The notes beneath the pieces are model-generated. The model was not told the DNA's origin. It did no database searches and saw nothing but the letters and a program-made list of their open reading frames with translations. This document shows, piece by piece, positions 38,468-51,058 of a stretch of 64,000 bases of DNA. The DNA is from Mobula hypostoma (lineage: Eukaryota): contig NC_086097.1 in NCBI RefSeq assembly GCF_963921235.1, positions 48,238,001 to 48,302,000 of the forward strand, in the 5' to 3' direction. Positions within the stretch are counted from its first letter, which is position 1. Each line of letters begins with the position of its first letter. The position numbers and the translations under genes were made by a program.

Positions 38468-40589
38468 GTAAGTAAAATTCATGAGTAATTAAGAATGAAC
38501 TCTGGGTAAATCATTTTGCTGCAGAGATAATTGTTTATGAAAAGCATTCTGCCTAGAAATTCATTGAGTATGTTTATTTGAAACTTTTGAATGTTCCATT
38601 CTGCCTTAAATCCGCTTCCGTTGCAGACAGTGGAACTGAAATGGGATTCATGGTTGCTATTACACAGCCATTCCTCAATTTATGATAGGCATGACTTCCT
38701 GGAAATTGATTCATGAAATCAGAAATAGTTTGGCAAAACACACTCCATATATTTTGCAACAGTATGTTCCCATAGGCAGAGAATGGTCCACTGTTCATTA
38801 TAATAACAAATACCTTTTGTAACTTGAAGGCACATACAGTATTTAAAAGAGTCAGTGTTATTACAGCATAGAGTTGTATGAGCATTTGTGAGTCAAGAAG
38901 CATTTGTATCTAATAATCTAATTGAATCTATGTCTAATGCTATTGTCCAATCTGAGTTTTTAGATATTTTGGAAAAAGAACAGGTTCCTAAAGCAAAAAT
39001 CATGCTACATTTTTAGATAAGATAGCTATTTCTTATTTTTTTTTAAATGAGGTTTATAAACTGCAACTCTCTCTTTTACAACTTAATCAGTTTTCTGCAT
39101 GTTAGAAAGTAATGATCATCGGTTGTTTCAGGCTTGCAGCCATGTTTCTAGGTGGTCTGCTGGAGTAAACGGTCTGCCCTCTTCACGTGGTTGGGTGGGT
39201 TGGTCTAGGGACTTCAGGTGGAAGAGATCCTGTGCTTTGTCCTACTTGATATTCCTTGGAATTGCGGTGACTGGCCAGGTGTGATTTGCAGCGGATTTGC
39301 TATAATCTTCGGTGGGACAAATTGCCTCGCATTCTGGGGCTAGCCACTCTAAAAACACAGCCACTCATTAGGTATTCCAAACATGGTAAGGCCAGAGGGA
39401 GTGATCAGGGTCTGGCACAACTCAGCTCTTAATTTCTGTTTGGCATGACAGCCAGATTATAAACTATCCAGAATTTACTAACAAATTGTAAGATGGCATG
39501 AATTTAAACTTTTAATTTAAACAAAGGACCGCAGGGACAAAGGACCACATGGGCTCGGTTGTTGGCTCTCAGAAGGAGACACATTGAGCTAAATTTTATT
39601 GGAAAAATAACAGCGTGTTAATAACACACTATTATTAATGCGGAGCAGCATATTGAGGGGATTAAGAAATCCAACATGAATTATGAATCAACAGATCAGT
39701 TTACTTTGATGAATTTATACCTTTTCACTGTTTGCTTCCCAGATATATCCTTGGTTTTCCTGTTATTTTTAATAACTGCTGAATCTGCACACTAATTGAT
39801 CATTAAACCCACTGCATAAAGTTAAAACTTGTGATTTTAAGGCTCCTTTAAATGTGATAATTGCCAATTGCTATGCCAGTCGAACTGTCTAGCCCAGAAA
39901 GAACAATTTAAACTGTTCAGTTTCATCCCACCTGGAACTATATTATTCTTAGAAAATCGAAGTATTTCTAATTTTAGCTTGCTGCTTTGATTTCCTTTTC
40001 CTTTCCCTTTACGCAATTTCCCTCTTTTTATTTTCCTTTCAGTACCTGATCTGATTCTAATTCACCCTTCTCTTCCATTATCTTCTATTGTGCAATCATT
40101 AAATTTCATTGGTTTAGAAGATATTCTGTTAGTCATGCTATCCCCTGAAATTGCTGGAAACCCATCGCCCTGATCAAACTGCGGTCAGCTGACATTTCCA
40201 GCAAATTTTTCTGTTAATAATTTGATCAAATTTGGTGCTTGCTTATGAATGAAAATTGCATCTCAGTCATTTTAATTTAATGTAAGCATTATTGAAGAGT
40301 TGATGAAAGAAAGATAGTTTTTCAAATTTGGATGGAAATGATTTGACACATAACCCAATTGTTCTAAGTTCATTGCCACAGGCCAGAAATATAGAAGCAC
40401 AGCCAGTGAGTGGACAGTTTCTTTACATTTGTACCAATAATAAAAATCTCTGTGGAAAAGGCTTTCTAATTATGCTAAACATGTGATTTTGTAATCATCT
40501 GCCATAATATTTGCTGTATTTGTATTTGTTTGGAATGACATAAAATGTTCCCCATGCACAGAGAATAAAAAGATTTAAGTTAATGGAGA

Positions 40590-40805
40590 CAACAGGAATT
40601 CTGCAGATGCTGGAAATTCAAGCAACATACATCAAAGTTGCTGGTGAACGCAGCAGGCCAAGCAGCATCTATAGGAAGAGGCGCAGTCGACGTTTCAGGC
40701 CGAGACCCTTCGTCAGGACTGACGAAGGGTCTCGGCCTGAAACGTCGACTGCGCCTCTTCCTATAGATGCTGCTTGGCCTGCTGCGTTCACCAGCAACTT
40801 TGATG
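40590..40805. mobile_element. Young palindromic Penelope 3'-end mini-insertion with two hammerhead cores
   Basis: Tail 40590-40627, perfect 89-bp arms 40628-40716 / 40719-40807. TSD taagttaatggaga at 40576-40589 / 40806-40819. Confidence 0.95.
40684..40721 (-). ncRNA. Minimal type I hammerhead ribozyme
   Basis: Reverse complement reads CAGTC-CTGACGA-AGGGTCTCGGCCT-GAAA-CGTC-GACTG, with a 5-bp stem I. Confidence 0.7.
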
Positions 40806-41031
40806 TAAGTTAATGGAGAGATTTTTTTGACTGAAGGGAAGAATTATTCTGTTTTTCTTTACCTGAAATGAAATTCTAACTTAAGACCTTTTTAATCCCT
40901 ATTACACGTGGAATGTGAGGAAAGAGCACAAAATGTAAAGATTTTCCTTCATGTATAAATGAACTAATATTGAAAATGCTTAATCAAACACTTTCCTTGT
41001 ACTTAAATGTATTTGTTCTGTTGCACAACAG

Positions 41032-41194
41032 AGATAGCAAGCTTACTATGCTGTTGAGAGAATCGCTGGGGAATATAAACTGCAGAACAACTATGATCAC
41101 CCATATTTCTGACTCTCCTGTCAACTATGCAGAAACCCTAACAAGCATTCAGCTTGCAGCGCGAATTCATCGAATGAGAAAGAAAAAGTCCAAG
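41032..41194 (+). CDS. KIF26A: KIF26A motor-domain exon ([22 protein letters not shown]...[15 protein letters not shown])
   Basis: aacag acceptor, GTCAGT donor, 163 bp; end of the motor domain. Confidence 0.95.
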
Positions 41195-41382
41195 GTCAGT
41201 CCTGGTTTTGTCTTAAGTTTTAAATGATACTAGTTTCTAATATGGACTTGCAAAGTATTTTGATTACTTTGTTGTGAATAACATTAAATCTTAATATAGT
41301 AAGTATTTATCTCGATTTCTTTTCTGTTATGTTTGTGGTTCTATTTCCACTCTAAAAGTAAACTGTTTTCTTTTTGAACCAG

Positions 41383-44300
41383 TATGCCTCAAGTTCTTCT
41401 GGTGGGGAGAGTTCTTGTGAAGAAGGTCGGATTCGAAGACCGCCTCACTTAAGGCCCTTTCATGCAAGAACCACAGCTCTTGATCCTGATCTTCCAGCAT
41501 TAGGAATATCTAGTGAACCCGACTACTCTTCGAGCAGTGAACAATCATGTGATACAGTTATTTACGTTGGTCCCAACGGTGCAGCACTCTCTGATCGTGA
41601 ACTGACAGATAACGAAGGTCCGCCAGAGTTTGTACCCATAATCCCTTCCCTCAGCAAGAAATGTGAGCCGAAGAAGGGTAAGGAAGCTGCCACAGTTGGT
41701 AAGAGGAGTGAAAGGGATTATTTCAAATGCAACACTTTTGCAGAGTTGCAAGAGAGATTGGAGTGTATTGATGGAAGTGAGGAACCCATCAAATTTTCTT
41801 GTGAGCAGGGACTTTTCATTTGCAGTAGTAGTGTAGGCCCCCCAAGGGTAGAGAATGCGCAATGTATCTCCGTACAGGAAGTGACACAATCTGTCGTGGT
41901 ATCAGAAAAGGTACCTTCTTCACAAATGTATGGAAAACATTCTTCAGTCGAAGCAGGGTCTTGTAAAAAAGGGCAGAATTTGGAGCCCCCCATTTCTGCA
42001 AAGCAACAAAATGGATCACCTGTGTGGAGCCCATCTCACTTGCCTCACTCCATAACAACTGAACATTTAAAGCTGCAGACTCAAGGTGAAGGAAGCAAAC
42101 TGGAAGCAAGTGGTGATAATGAGGCAGAAGGAATCAAGGAAACAACCACGGCTTCCACCAATATGCACAGACCCAACTGCTCTATGACGCAAGAGCAGCC
42201 GCAGGCCACGCCCAGGCCTGTCGTGAGGGAGAAATCATTTTTCAACAGGAGACCTTTGCCGAGCCCTGCTCCCCCACCTCCACAACTGAAAGAAAGGCAA
42301 AGCGTTAGTTCGGAACTCAGCAGCAGTGGTGGAATTAGAACTCCTCCAGTAGGAATGAGCCATCAGAGCACAAGTAAACCTGAATCAGCCATAATTAGAA
42401 AGGAAGTGGGCAACTACAGAAGTGGATATAAGCAATCTGGTGCATCAGACGCAACCGGCTTACGATCAGCATTGCGGAGCGGGTGCATTGACCGAGATAT
42501 GTTGACCACCACCGTGACATTGCAGCAGCCAGTGGAACTGAACGGAGAAGATGAGTTGGTATTTACTGTTGTAGAGGAGCTGTCATTTGAAGGTATTTTG
42601 GAAAGTGGTCGACCGGCTAGCATTATTAGCTTTAATAGTGATTGTTCACTTCAGGCACTGGCTTCGGGTTCACGGCCCGTCAGTATTATTAGTAGCATTA
42701 ATGATGATTTTGAAGCTTATACCTCACCGGCAGCCAATGCTGGATCAAATATAGACACTGCTGGGCTACTTACAGATGATTCTTTTTGCAACAACAGTAG
42801 ACGCTCATCGATTAGCTCCTGGCTCAGTGAAGTAAGTATCTGTGCTATAGAAAGTGACGGAGCACAACCATCCGATACTTTTGTTGTGCAGTCTTGCTAC
42901 AGTTACGGTGAGAAGTTTAACTTGGATTCACCTGATGTGCTGCAAGACATGACCACACCACTGACACTGGCTCAACAAAGCATCTTGAATGATGGTGCAT
43001 TCCGTCCTTCTGAACTGGCTAATGAAATTACGAGCTCAAGCAGACTTCTTTCACACACCAACCAAGGTTCTAATGCCTTAAGTTTATCCAAAGTGATGAC
43101 TGTTACTAATAATTCATCAGTAACTAAGGCAAGCACCCCAGTCCACCATCCTGACCCAACGATTTCTGAAGGCAATCCTGTTTGCTCCTCTAGTCTTCCC
43201 AGGAAAATAAAGTCTACCTCAGCTGTGAGCCAGAGTAGTAGCACAGTACATTGTGGAGAAAGGCAATGGCAAGAAAGTGAGCTCGAGGATCCCTGGTTAC
43301 TTCGCACGAACAGCCAATCAGTACCAAAAATAGAGGATCAAGCACTCTCAGTGAAGTCACCTCCCAAATCTGGTACCAACAGTCAAATTAAACAGCAAAC
43401 AAAAATGGCCCAGAATACTGGGACCATTCCTCGGCTCAGCAAATTTCACACAACAGTTTCCTGTACACAACGAGTTGTGTATGGGTGTGAAATGGCGAGT
43501 AAATCGACTGCGGCTAATGGTGTCACAGGTGTGAATGGCAGAAAGAATGAAGTGCCGGCAAAAGTGGTGCAGGTTAAAAAAGGAAGTGCGATGGTTGCAA
43601 CAATGCCAATAATGCACACCAGTGCCAGTGCTGGAGCTGTACCCAAAGACCAGCGAGACACAAGCAGCTTAAAATCAACAGCTAGTAGGAAAACATCAGC
43701 AGCCAAGACAAGCATGCTGCCAAGGCTCAATGGGACACCGCCAGCACCCCCTGTCCGTAAGTCTAGTCTTGAGCAAAAAAACAGAGCTGTGCCACAAAAA
43801 TGTACCAGTCCAGAGGCAGTTATGGTATCACCTCCCAGATCAGAAGATGAAATAGATCGAGCACTAAATGTGGCTCCTTGTGCTGTTGAGGGTAGCTGCA
43901 ACAAAGCAGCAAACATAAAATCTGATCAGTTCTCCATTAGAAGTATTTCAGCTTCAAAATCCAGAATGCCTAAACTTGAGGCAGTGCATTGCTGTGGAAG
44001 TCAGCTGTCACTCGAGAGGTGTGATAGTCTGTCGTCAGTGGGATCCAAGAACAGTATGACCAAAGAAAGTGGTCACCCTGCCAACAGCAACAACAGCAGA
44101 ACTGGACGCTCAGTACCAAGGCTTGGTGTGTCACCGTCAGCTCCAGTAATGTCTACCCCATCTATTCCTGTGGTCCCCGTACCAGTTAAATCCAATCAAA
44201 CCAAATGTCCTTCCAATAGCAAGGCATTGGTTGCAGGAAACAAGTGTCGAAGCCTCTCTTCAAGCGGTGCAAAGGGGTTAAGCACATCTGTTAAGTCGTT

Positions 44301-44845
44301 AACGCAGTCAGTGGGGCGTAGTTCCAGTGTACCATCGAATGGAAAAACAGTACCTCGCTCAGCACAGGTAGCCAGTTGTAAACCTGGCAAAGGAACAATT
44401 ATGGGAACAAAGCAAGCAGTCAGGGCAGCCAACAGCCGTGTGTCTGAATTAGCTTCTGCAGCCTCATCCAGTAAAGTGGGCCATTTGAGAGGATCTGCTG
44501 ATTCTGATAGTGGGAATGACAGTGGAGTCAACTTGAGTGATGAAATAATGCAGATGCCAGTCTTGCCTTCTCCATACAGTAAAATAACTGCACCAAGACG
44601 GCCTCAGCGTTACAGCAGTGGGCATGGTAGTGACAACAGCAGCGTCCTTAGCGGAGAGCTGCCACCGGCCATGGGAAGAACGGCTCTCTTTTATCACAGC
44701 GGTGGTAGCAGTGGCTATGAGAGTATGATTCGTGACAGTGAGGCAACAGGGAGTGCGTCATCCGCACACGATTCCATGAGTGAAAGTGGGATGTCCACAG
44801 TTGGCCGCAACAGAAGTTCCAAGTCCCCCAAGAAGCGGACAGCAG
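41383..44845 (+). CDS. KIF26A: KIF26A giant exon encoding the Ser/Pro-rich tail (YASSSSGGESSCEEGR...HSGGSSGYESMIRDSEATGS...SPKKRTA)
   Basis: accag acceptor, GTAAAC donor at 44846, 3463 bp open frame with KIF26 blocks (DYSSSSEQSCDTVIYVGP, NGEDELVFTVVEEL, PSPYSKITAPRRP). Residues [29 protein letters not shown] and RRPPHLRPFH favour paralog A over B (from recollection of the human sequences). Confidence 0.93.
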
Positions 44846-47800
44846 GTAAACGTTGTGCATGATATTATTGTACTACTTGACTTGTGTTTCTCGGAATGGG
44901 AAGTTTTAATAAACAACTGGGCAAATAATGATTCTTATGTAGATAATAATGGAAGTTGAAGTTGTATTGTGCAAATGTGTTTTCAGTTCAAGCATTTTAA
45001 AACATTTACTGTTTTAGGTGCTCTAAGTTACAACAAATCTTGTATTAGTAGTTCACTTCATTAATTATTGTGCCACAGAGTTGTGGAGCTACCCACTAAA
45101 AAAGACCATTGTATGATGGCAGTATTACCATTCTCTAGAAACTAGGCTGTCTAAGCTTTTTGCCTGTTATTTCCTAAATTGTCTCCACCAATCCCCATAC
45201 TTTCTTTTTCCTTGAATGACAGCAATTTCTTTCTGGGTTACAATTTTCAGTTCACCACTGCCTTCCAGTATCTTGTCTCTTGTTCATTGTTTGTACCCAA
45301 CTCAGCTGGTTGTTGAATGGAAACACAGTTCCCATTTAAATCTATGATTTTCAAGACAATTGAATTTGCAGGTTCTGAAGCTGTGGTCTGTAAAATGAAA
45401 GGACCTGAACGTGATATGTAATGCAGCTGGGTTAGAAAATGATATGTGTTTGTTGCTGGGTAATACTGTGTTTCAGTTATGTCCTCTGGAAACTGAGGTG
45501 ACATTGAACTTGGGTATATAGTATGAATGCATGTGGACAGTAATTATAAAATGAGAAATGTATATCATGTGATGGACTACTTGTTACTTGCAGTAGGCAC
45601 TAGAGGGTGTGAAGGATGTCTTTGCACTTTCAATATTCAAATGTTGTTAAGAGCCTCAGGGCAGATTAAAAAATTAAAAGGTCAGTTTTGCAGAAAGAAT
45701 TGGTTGCAGAAGAAATGACGTTTAGTTGGCAGCAGTGGGACTCCCTTTAGTTTATTGGGTCAGGATGGTAGATATTACTGAAGGTAGTCTGAGATATGGC
45801 CTACAATATGTAAATGGTCCATTCCTAGAGGTCATCTCCATATGATATAATATTATATTATCCCAATTTTGTCAATGAAAGGGCTTCCCACTGTTTAGAT
45901 ATGTAATATTTCTCTCCATAATTCACTAGCAATGCCTATCAGATTTTACTTGTGGTAGATTAAGGCAATCAATTAGAAACCAGTTGGCATTGTTTAAATC
46001 TACGCACCGACTATGTTAACAATATGTTGAATGCAACCTAAACTGCTTATGATAATTGTGCAAAGTGGACTTGAACAGGAGCAAAGAGCACTGGTTATGT
46101 TTCACCAAGAGAGTTATTATTCTCATCAATAGTTGTCAAATACCAAGATGCTTTCTTTGGAACAGTCACCTCAGTATCAACACCCATTGAACAGCTGGCT
46201 ACACCACAACCTTGTCAGAGAAGAATCTGTGACCTGAAAAGGCTTGTGAAAAAAAATTGTTCAAAGGTTGAAAGGACATTGCTAAGGTGCTATGCCACTG
46301 AAGAAATGGAAGAGTCACAAAGTTCTTTCTAGCAGGCAAACCGTCTACTTTGGAGTTACAGATAATCTGGTGAGTTTTAAATTAATTTGTTTTGTGTGAA
46401 AAATATCATTGTCTGAACTAAGCCGAGGCAGAATCTAAAAAAATAATCTGGACCTTTTTAAAAAATTTCACCAAAAGTATTCCAAGTCTGCCTGAATTTG
46501 AATTGTCTGCTTTCAATCCCACAGGTGATTAACAATTTGTCCTTTGTTCCTTTTGTCTCCTTAGGTGCATTTTTTGAGCTGTACACAATTCAGTGCAATA
46601 GGATTTGATTCTTCCTGACAGCCTGGAGGAGAACCAGAGAGCAAGGAGTCCACTGCTGGGGAGAAGTCATTGGGACTTAATGACAGCATGCCATTCAGAT
46701 GTTTCTCAATGAAAATGAACTTCAGGCGAGGCTTACGGGAGCTGATTGATAGCACTAATTGATTTTCCTGTGCCAAGCTTTAAATCTATGCTATTATCTG
46801 CAGCAAACTTTGATGGAATAATTCACTAGATTTACATTACAACTATGATTACATTTCAAAAGTCCTTCATTGACTACACAGTGTATCAAAAGGTTCTGAA
46901 AGGAAGATGAAAATCGCAATATAAGTGCAAGTCTTTTCTCTTTAATTTAACTTGAACAGTCTATCATTCACCTTAACGACAAGGATGGTTATTAGGTATT
47001 TGTGCATTACTGGCAATGATTTCCCTGTCACTTAATTGAATAATAGAGGCTCAAATTACAGTTTGCAATTTGCAACTTTTGCTAATGGAGTCAAGAGCTA
47101 TGGCCACCAGAATGTAGACTGAATCTCCACTCTATTTGCAAACCATAGCTATAGGAAATGGCAGTAGTCTATTTTCAATCCCTAGGATATTGCACTGGAT
47201 CTGATAACCTCTGGCTCCATGTAGCTATAGCCTGACTCTCAGTGGTGTGAAGGCACCTTCCTCCTATCTGATCATATGCAGAGATTCTCTGGAGTCACCT
47301 CAAGCATTTAGAAGTCCCACATTCAAAGGCTGAGGGAGAAATATGAATAAGAAGCAAACATAGACTTTAATTCATTGCCTAACCCCTCAGGGCAGTGCAG
47401 AGGTGAAATATTTTTTGCTTATAATAGACATACTGATATTGGGACAATTTGATCCCTATATGTGCTAGATAGGTTAAAGCAATGGTGATATTATTGAACA
47501 AATGTTGTAGCAAAACACCATTGAAGCAGTATTGGTCCACACCATTTAGAGGGGATTAAGTACATCAAATAATTCTCCATTGAACGTATCAGTGATTGCA
47601 ATCAGTCTTGAGCAATAACCCCAGTTGGAGGTGATTTATCATACAGGGAATTACAGTCTAATGAGGCGTGACCATTTGAGTAAATACGTGTAACAGCCCA
47701 TGCTACATGAATGTTGGCAGCAGTAATTTTGGAAAATTAACTTTGTGGAAATGGTAAATTGGTTAGTAATGTTTGGTTAATTTAAATGATTACCTGCTTA

Positions 47801-50674
47801 TACAGGAATGTACCAGATGAATTTGAGGGAAAGTAGGTTGTTTTCACACCTATATTGTTTGGTGTTATCTGATAATCACTCATCTACATAGCCATAGTTT
47901 ATCCGGAAAATATTGCATTGTTTGGTGAAATAGAGATAATAAAATAGTTGAATTCCCACAATAATGCTATAAGACCAGCTGCACTCCTCCATGTTGCTTT
48001 GAGGAGTAACCACTCAATATTTGAAGAAAACTGAAAACCTTGCCAAGGGACAACGACACATTAAGTAGTAGCACATCTGCAATGAACCAATCATCCAAAG
48101 GAATTTGCTGACAAACTTTACTTGTAAGATACGAAAGAACAGTTATGTGCTAGTCATTTCAGATAATATGTAATTGTCAACATTGTTTAGTTGTTTAAAT
48201 ATTTCTGCACAGAACTGCGAAGTACTGGTAGAAATTGCACTTACAATATACAGGTATTTGCAATGTATCCATATCATCCATTATTTGTACAATCTATGTG
48301 GGGCTGAGGAGGGGGATAAAGAAGATCAGCCATGATGGAATGGTGGAGCAGACTCGTTGGGCTAAATGGCCCAATTCTGCTCCTATGTCTTATGGTCTTA
48401 TCTGAAGACAGCAATGTAGATAACTACAATTAAATGTATTCTACTTTTGTACTAAGTAATAACTTATTCATTTGTACTATTTTTCTAATTATCCAGTAAA
48501 GTAGTTCTATTCTCATTTATGGCTCTATTGTGTTTTTATTAATATCTCTATTCTCTTCATGATCTTTCACCCAGTGATTTCACAACAGCACTTGAGTCAG
48601 TGTGGAATTATACCAGTTTCTCAATCGTTTCGTTCATTTTGGCATCATGTCCATGAGAGTGCCAACAAAATCAAATGCAAGGTATCCTCTCTGGTACCAG
48701 TAGCAGGAAGATAGCAATCTACATGTATGATGTACAGTTATGTGTGCTTTTTGAATAATACACTGTTGTATTATTTGCAATGAATTTGTGTAACACAGAG
48801 CATGATTCAAAAGATGCCGGTCAATCATTTATATGAATGTTATCTGCTCACACTTCATTGGGTCTGAGCTGCTTCCTTTCAATATTTTGCACAACTAGAA
48901 ATACATTTCATTCAGTGACTGGTGCTGAGGTTTAGATTAAATTAAGGCTTAATTTAAGGCTTAGTTGAGTGTGACTAAAACATTCAGGTAAAATATAATG
49001 ATTGCCTCACTGAAGGTAATTGATTCTATTCCCCAATAATTAGCTTAATTACTGCTTTTCCTCCACCATCCCTAAAATTCCAATTCTCTGGTTATAATTA
49101 TGAATTTGCTTTGCATCAGCTAAACAATTCTAGTATGCTTTCTTAAACATTAGGTGGGCATATCTGAGCATTTTGCCGTTCATCCCTGTCCAAGCCAAAT
49201 GATGCCACTGTCCAGTCTTCCACTGAATTTAATCTTGGACCGTTTCTGAAGATGAACAGGAAACAGATGAGAAATGATTTCTTCTTTAATCTTGCAAAAA
49301 TTTTCACACCCATCTTCACCATCTCCGAGCCAGACCAATACAAATGTAAAATGATAAATACTGCATCTTTTACATTTGGATTGTTCTGGCTAGGTCTAGT
49401 TATCTGCTTCCTTCCTCTTAATATCAGTGACAATTCTTTTGCTTCACCTTATCATTATCAACAGAACCTTTGCTTCCAGATTTACTTCTTTCCAATTCTC
49501 TCTGACACATTCTGCTTCCACACTCCTCCCGCACCCTTCCTTCATAAATCTTCTTAAAATTCAGATCATTTAGTAAGCCTTTATTTCATCTAAATTCTGC
49601 CTTTAGCCCTGTTTACCTTAAGCTTGTATTTAAAGTCCTCTGCATTGTTTTTCCTTTATGTAGTGAAATTGAAATTTGTCCTTTGACTTTTTCTCTTTCT
49701 GTTATGTCTCTAGTCTTTCTTTCTCTTGGAAAAACTTTCTCTCAAATAAGCTCCAGACAATCCTTTTTCGCAGAGATAAGACCCATCTATATCTCCTGTG
49801 CTCTCTTTGTGGGGAATTAGCTCATTAAGCTACCAGTCTAAGTTATCATCTCCCCTACTTGCTGTATAAGCTATTGTAACCACATTCCTATTTTCCTCGG
49901 ACTCTTGCTGTGCTCAGGGAATTAAATGTTATAGGGTACAAGTGCCACCAGCAGATAGTTCTCATTATTTGAAAATAATTTGATTTCTGAGAATTCCTGG
50001 AAATTGAAACATCGTAAGTTGAAATGAGTGCCAGACATCCGTCCACATATAAATGAACGCCGAAATAAAAGACAAAATATTCAAAAACATGCACACTGTT
50101 ATTTATGGAAGATAAACTTGAAAACAAACATGACAGAAGAGAATGAGAATTTTGAGATATCGTTCTTATTTATCAAGATAATTGACAGGGTTGTTAAAGG
50201 TTAAATTGTGTAGGAGAATTGTATACAATTAGAAGCAGAATTCCAGAAGTTTGGACAAAAGGAATGAAGAGCCTTGTTGCTACGAAAGAGGAGAGGAAAT
50301 ACAACATGGTTAGGTTTCAGGCAGTGTCACCGGGCAAGAGAAGGCCCCAGAGCTAAAATAGACTGAGACAGCGAAAGGCTTTGAATGCAGTATTATAAAA
50401 ATTGAATTGAATGTGTTGGGAGAGAGTGAAGCAGTGCATCTGAGGTGAATGGAAATAATGGGGAATTTGGGCTGAGGGTTAACAAGGGTCTGGAACAAAT
50501 TGTTTGTACTGAAATAACACGAAGCAAGCAGCAGAAGGAAGATGGAAGAAATTGAGGTAGAAAGTTTTGTGAGAAATAACATGGAACTGGTTGACGATGG
50601 CACATGTGGGGAGTTAAGAGAAGTTCGGGGGGTGTGGTGGGGGGTTAATATTTAGATGTTATTTAATATATGAG

Positions 50675-50900
50675 GTAAAATCAAAAATGCTGTTGATGTT
50701 GGAAATCTGAAATCTATACAGAGAAAGCTGGAAACACTCAGCCGGTTAGGCAGCATCTGTGGCAAGAGAAACAGTTCATATTTCAGATTGATGACTCTTC
50801 TTTAAAATTGGGGGGGGGGTGGAGAGAGAGAAAATAAGTTAGTTTTAAGTTGCAGAAAGAGTAGAGAAAGGAGGAATACAATAAAGAGGATATCTGAATG
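50675..50900 (-). mobile_element. Ancient Penelope-like 3' remnant
   Basis: gatgttggaaatctgaaat...gctggaaacactcagccggttaggcagcatctgtgg is similar to 19803-19950. Confidence 0.55.
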
Positions 50901-51058
50901 GGTGTGGTCATTTTACCATGGGGATAAGCTGTAAATGAAGTAATTTGGTTGATCTGTTAATGAGGACAGTTATAGGGAAAGAAAGAAATATTACAACAGG
51001 AAAATTAACAAAAGAAAGCAAAATCTGCAATTGCAGATTTATAGGAAAAACTTCAAAG

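Noticed and set aside
40583..40813. Recurring short ORFs (MLEIQATYIKVAGERSR..., DEGSRPETST...) as a peptide family
   Set aside because: Chance frames through the non-coding PLE 3' repeat; they appear on both strands with variable ends.
15297..44845. Assignment to KIF26B
   Set aside because: Recalled diagnostic residues favour KIF26A; a phylogeny or synteny check would be decisive.
41545..44860. Minus-strand ORFs overlapping the giant exon
   Set aside because: Antisense shadows with no recognisable motifs.
41374..44862. 1162-aa ORF as a stand-alone single-exon gene
   Set aside because: It starts at an intronic TTG and is bounded by splice sites; it is an internal KIF26A exon.
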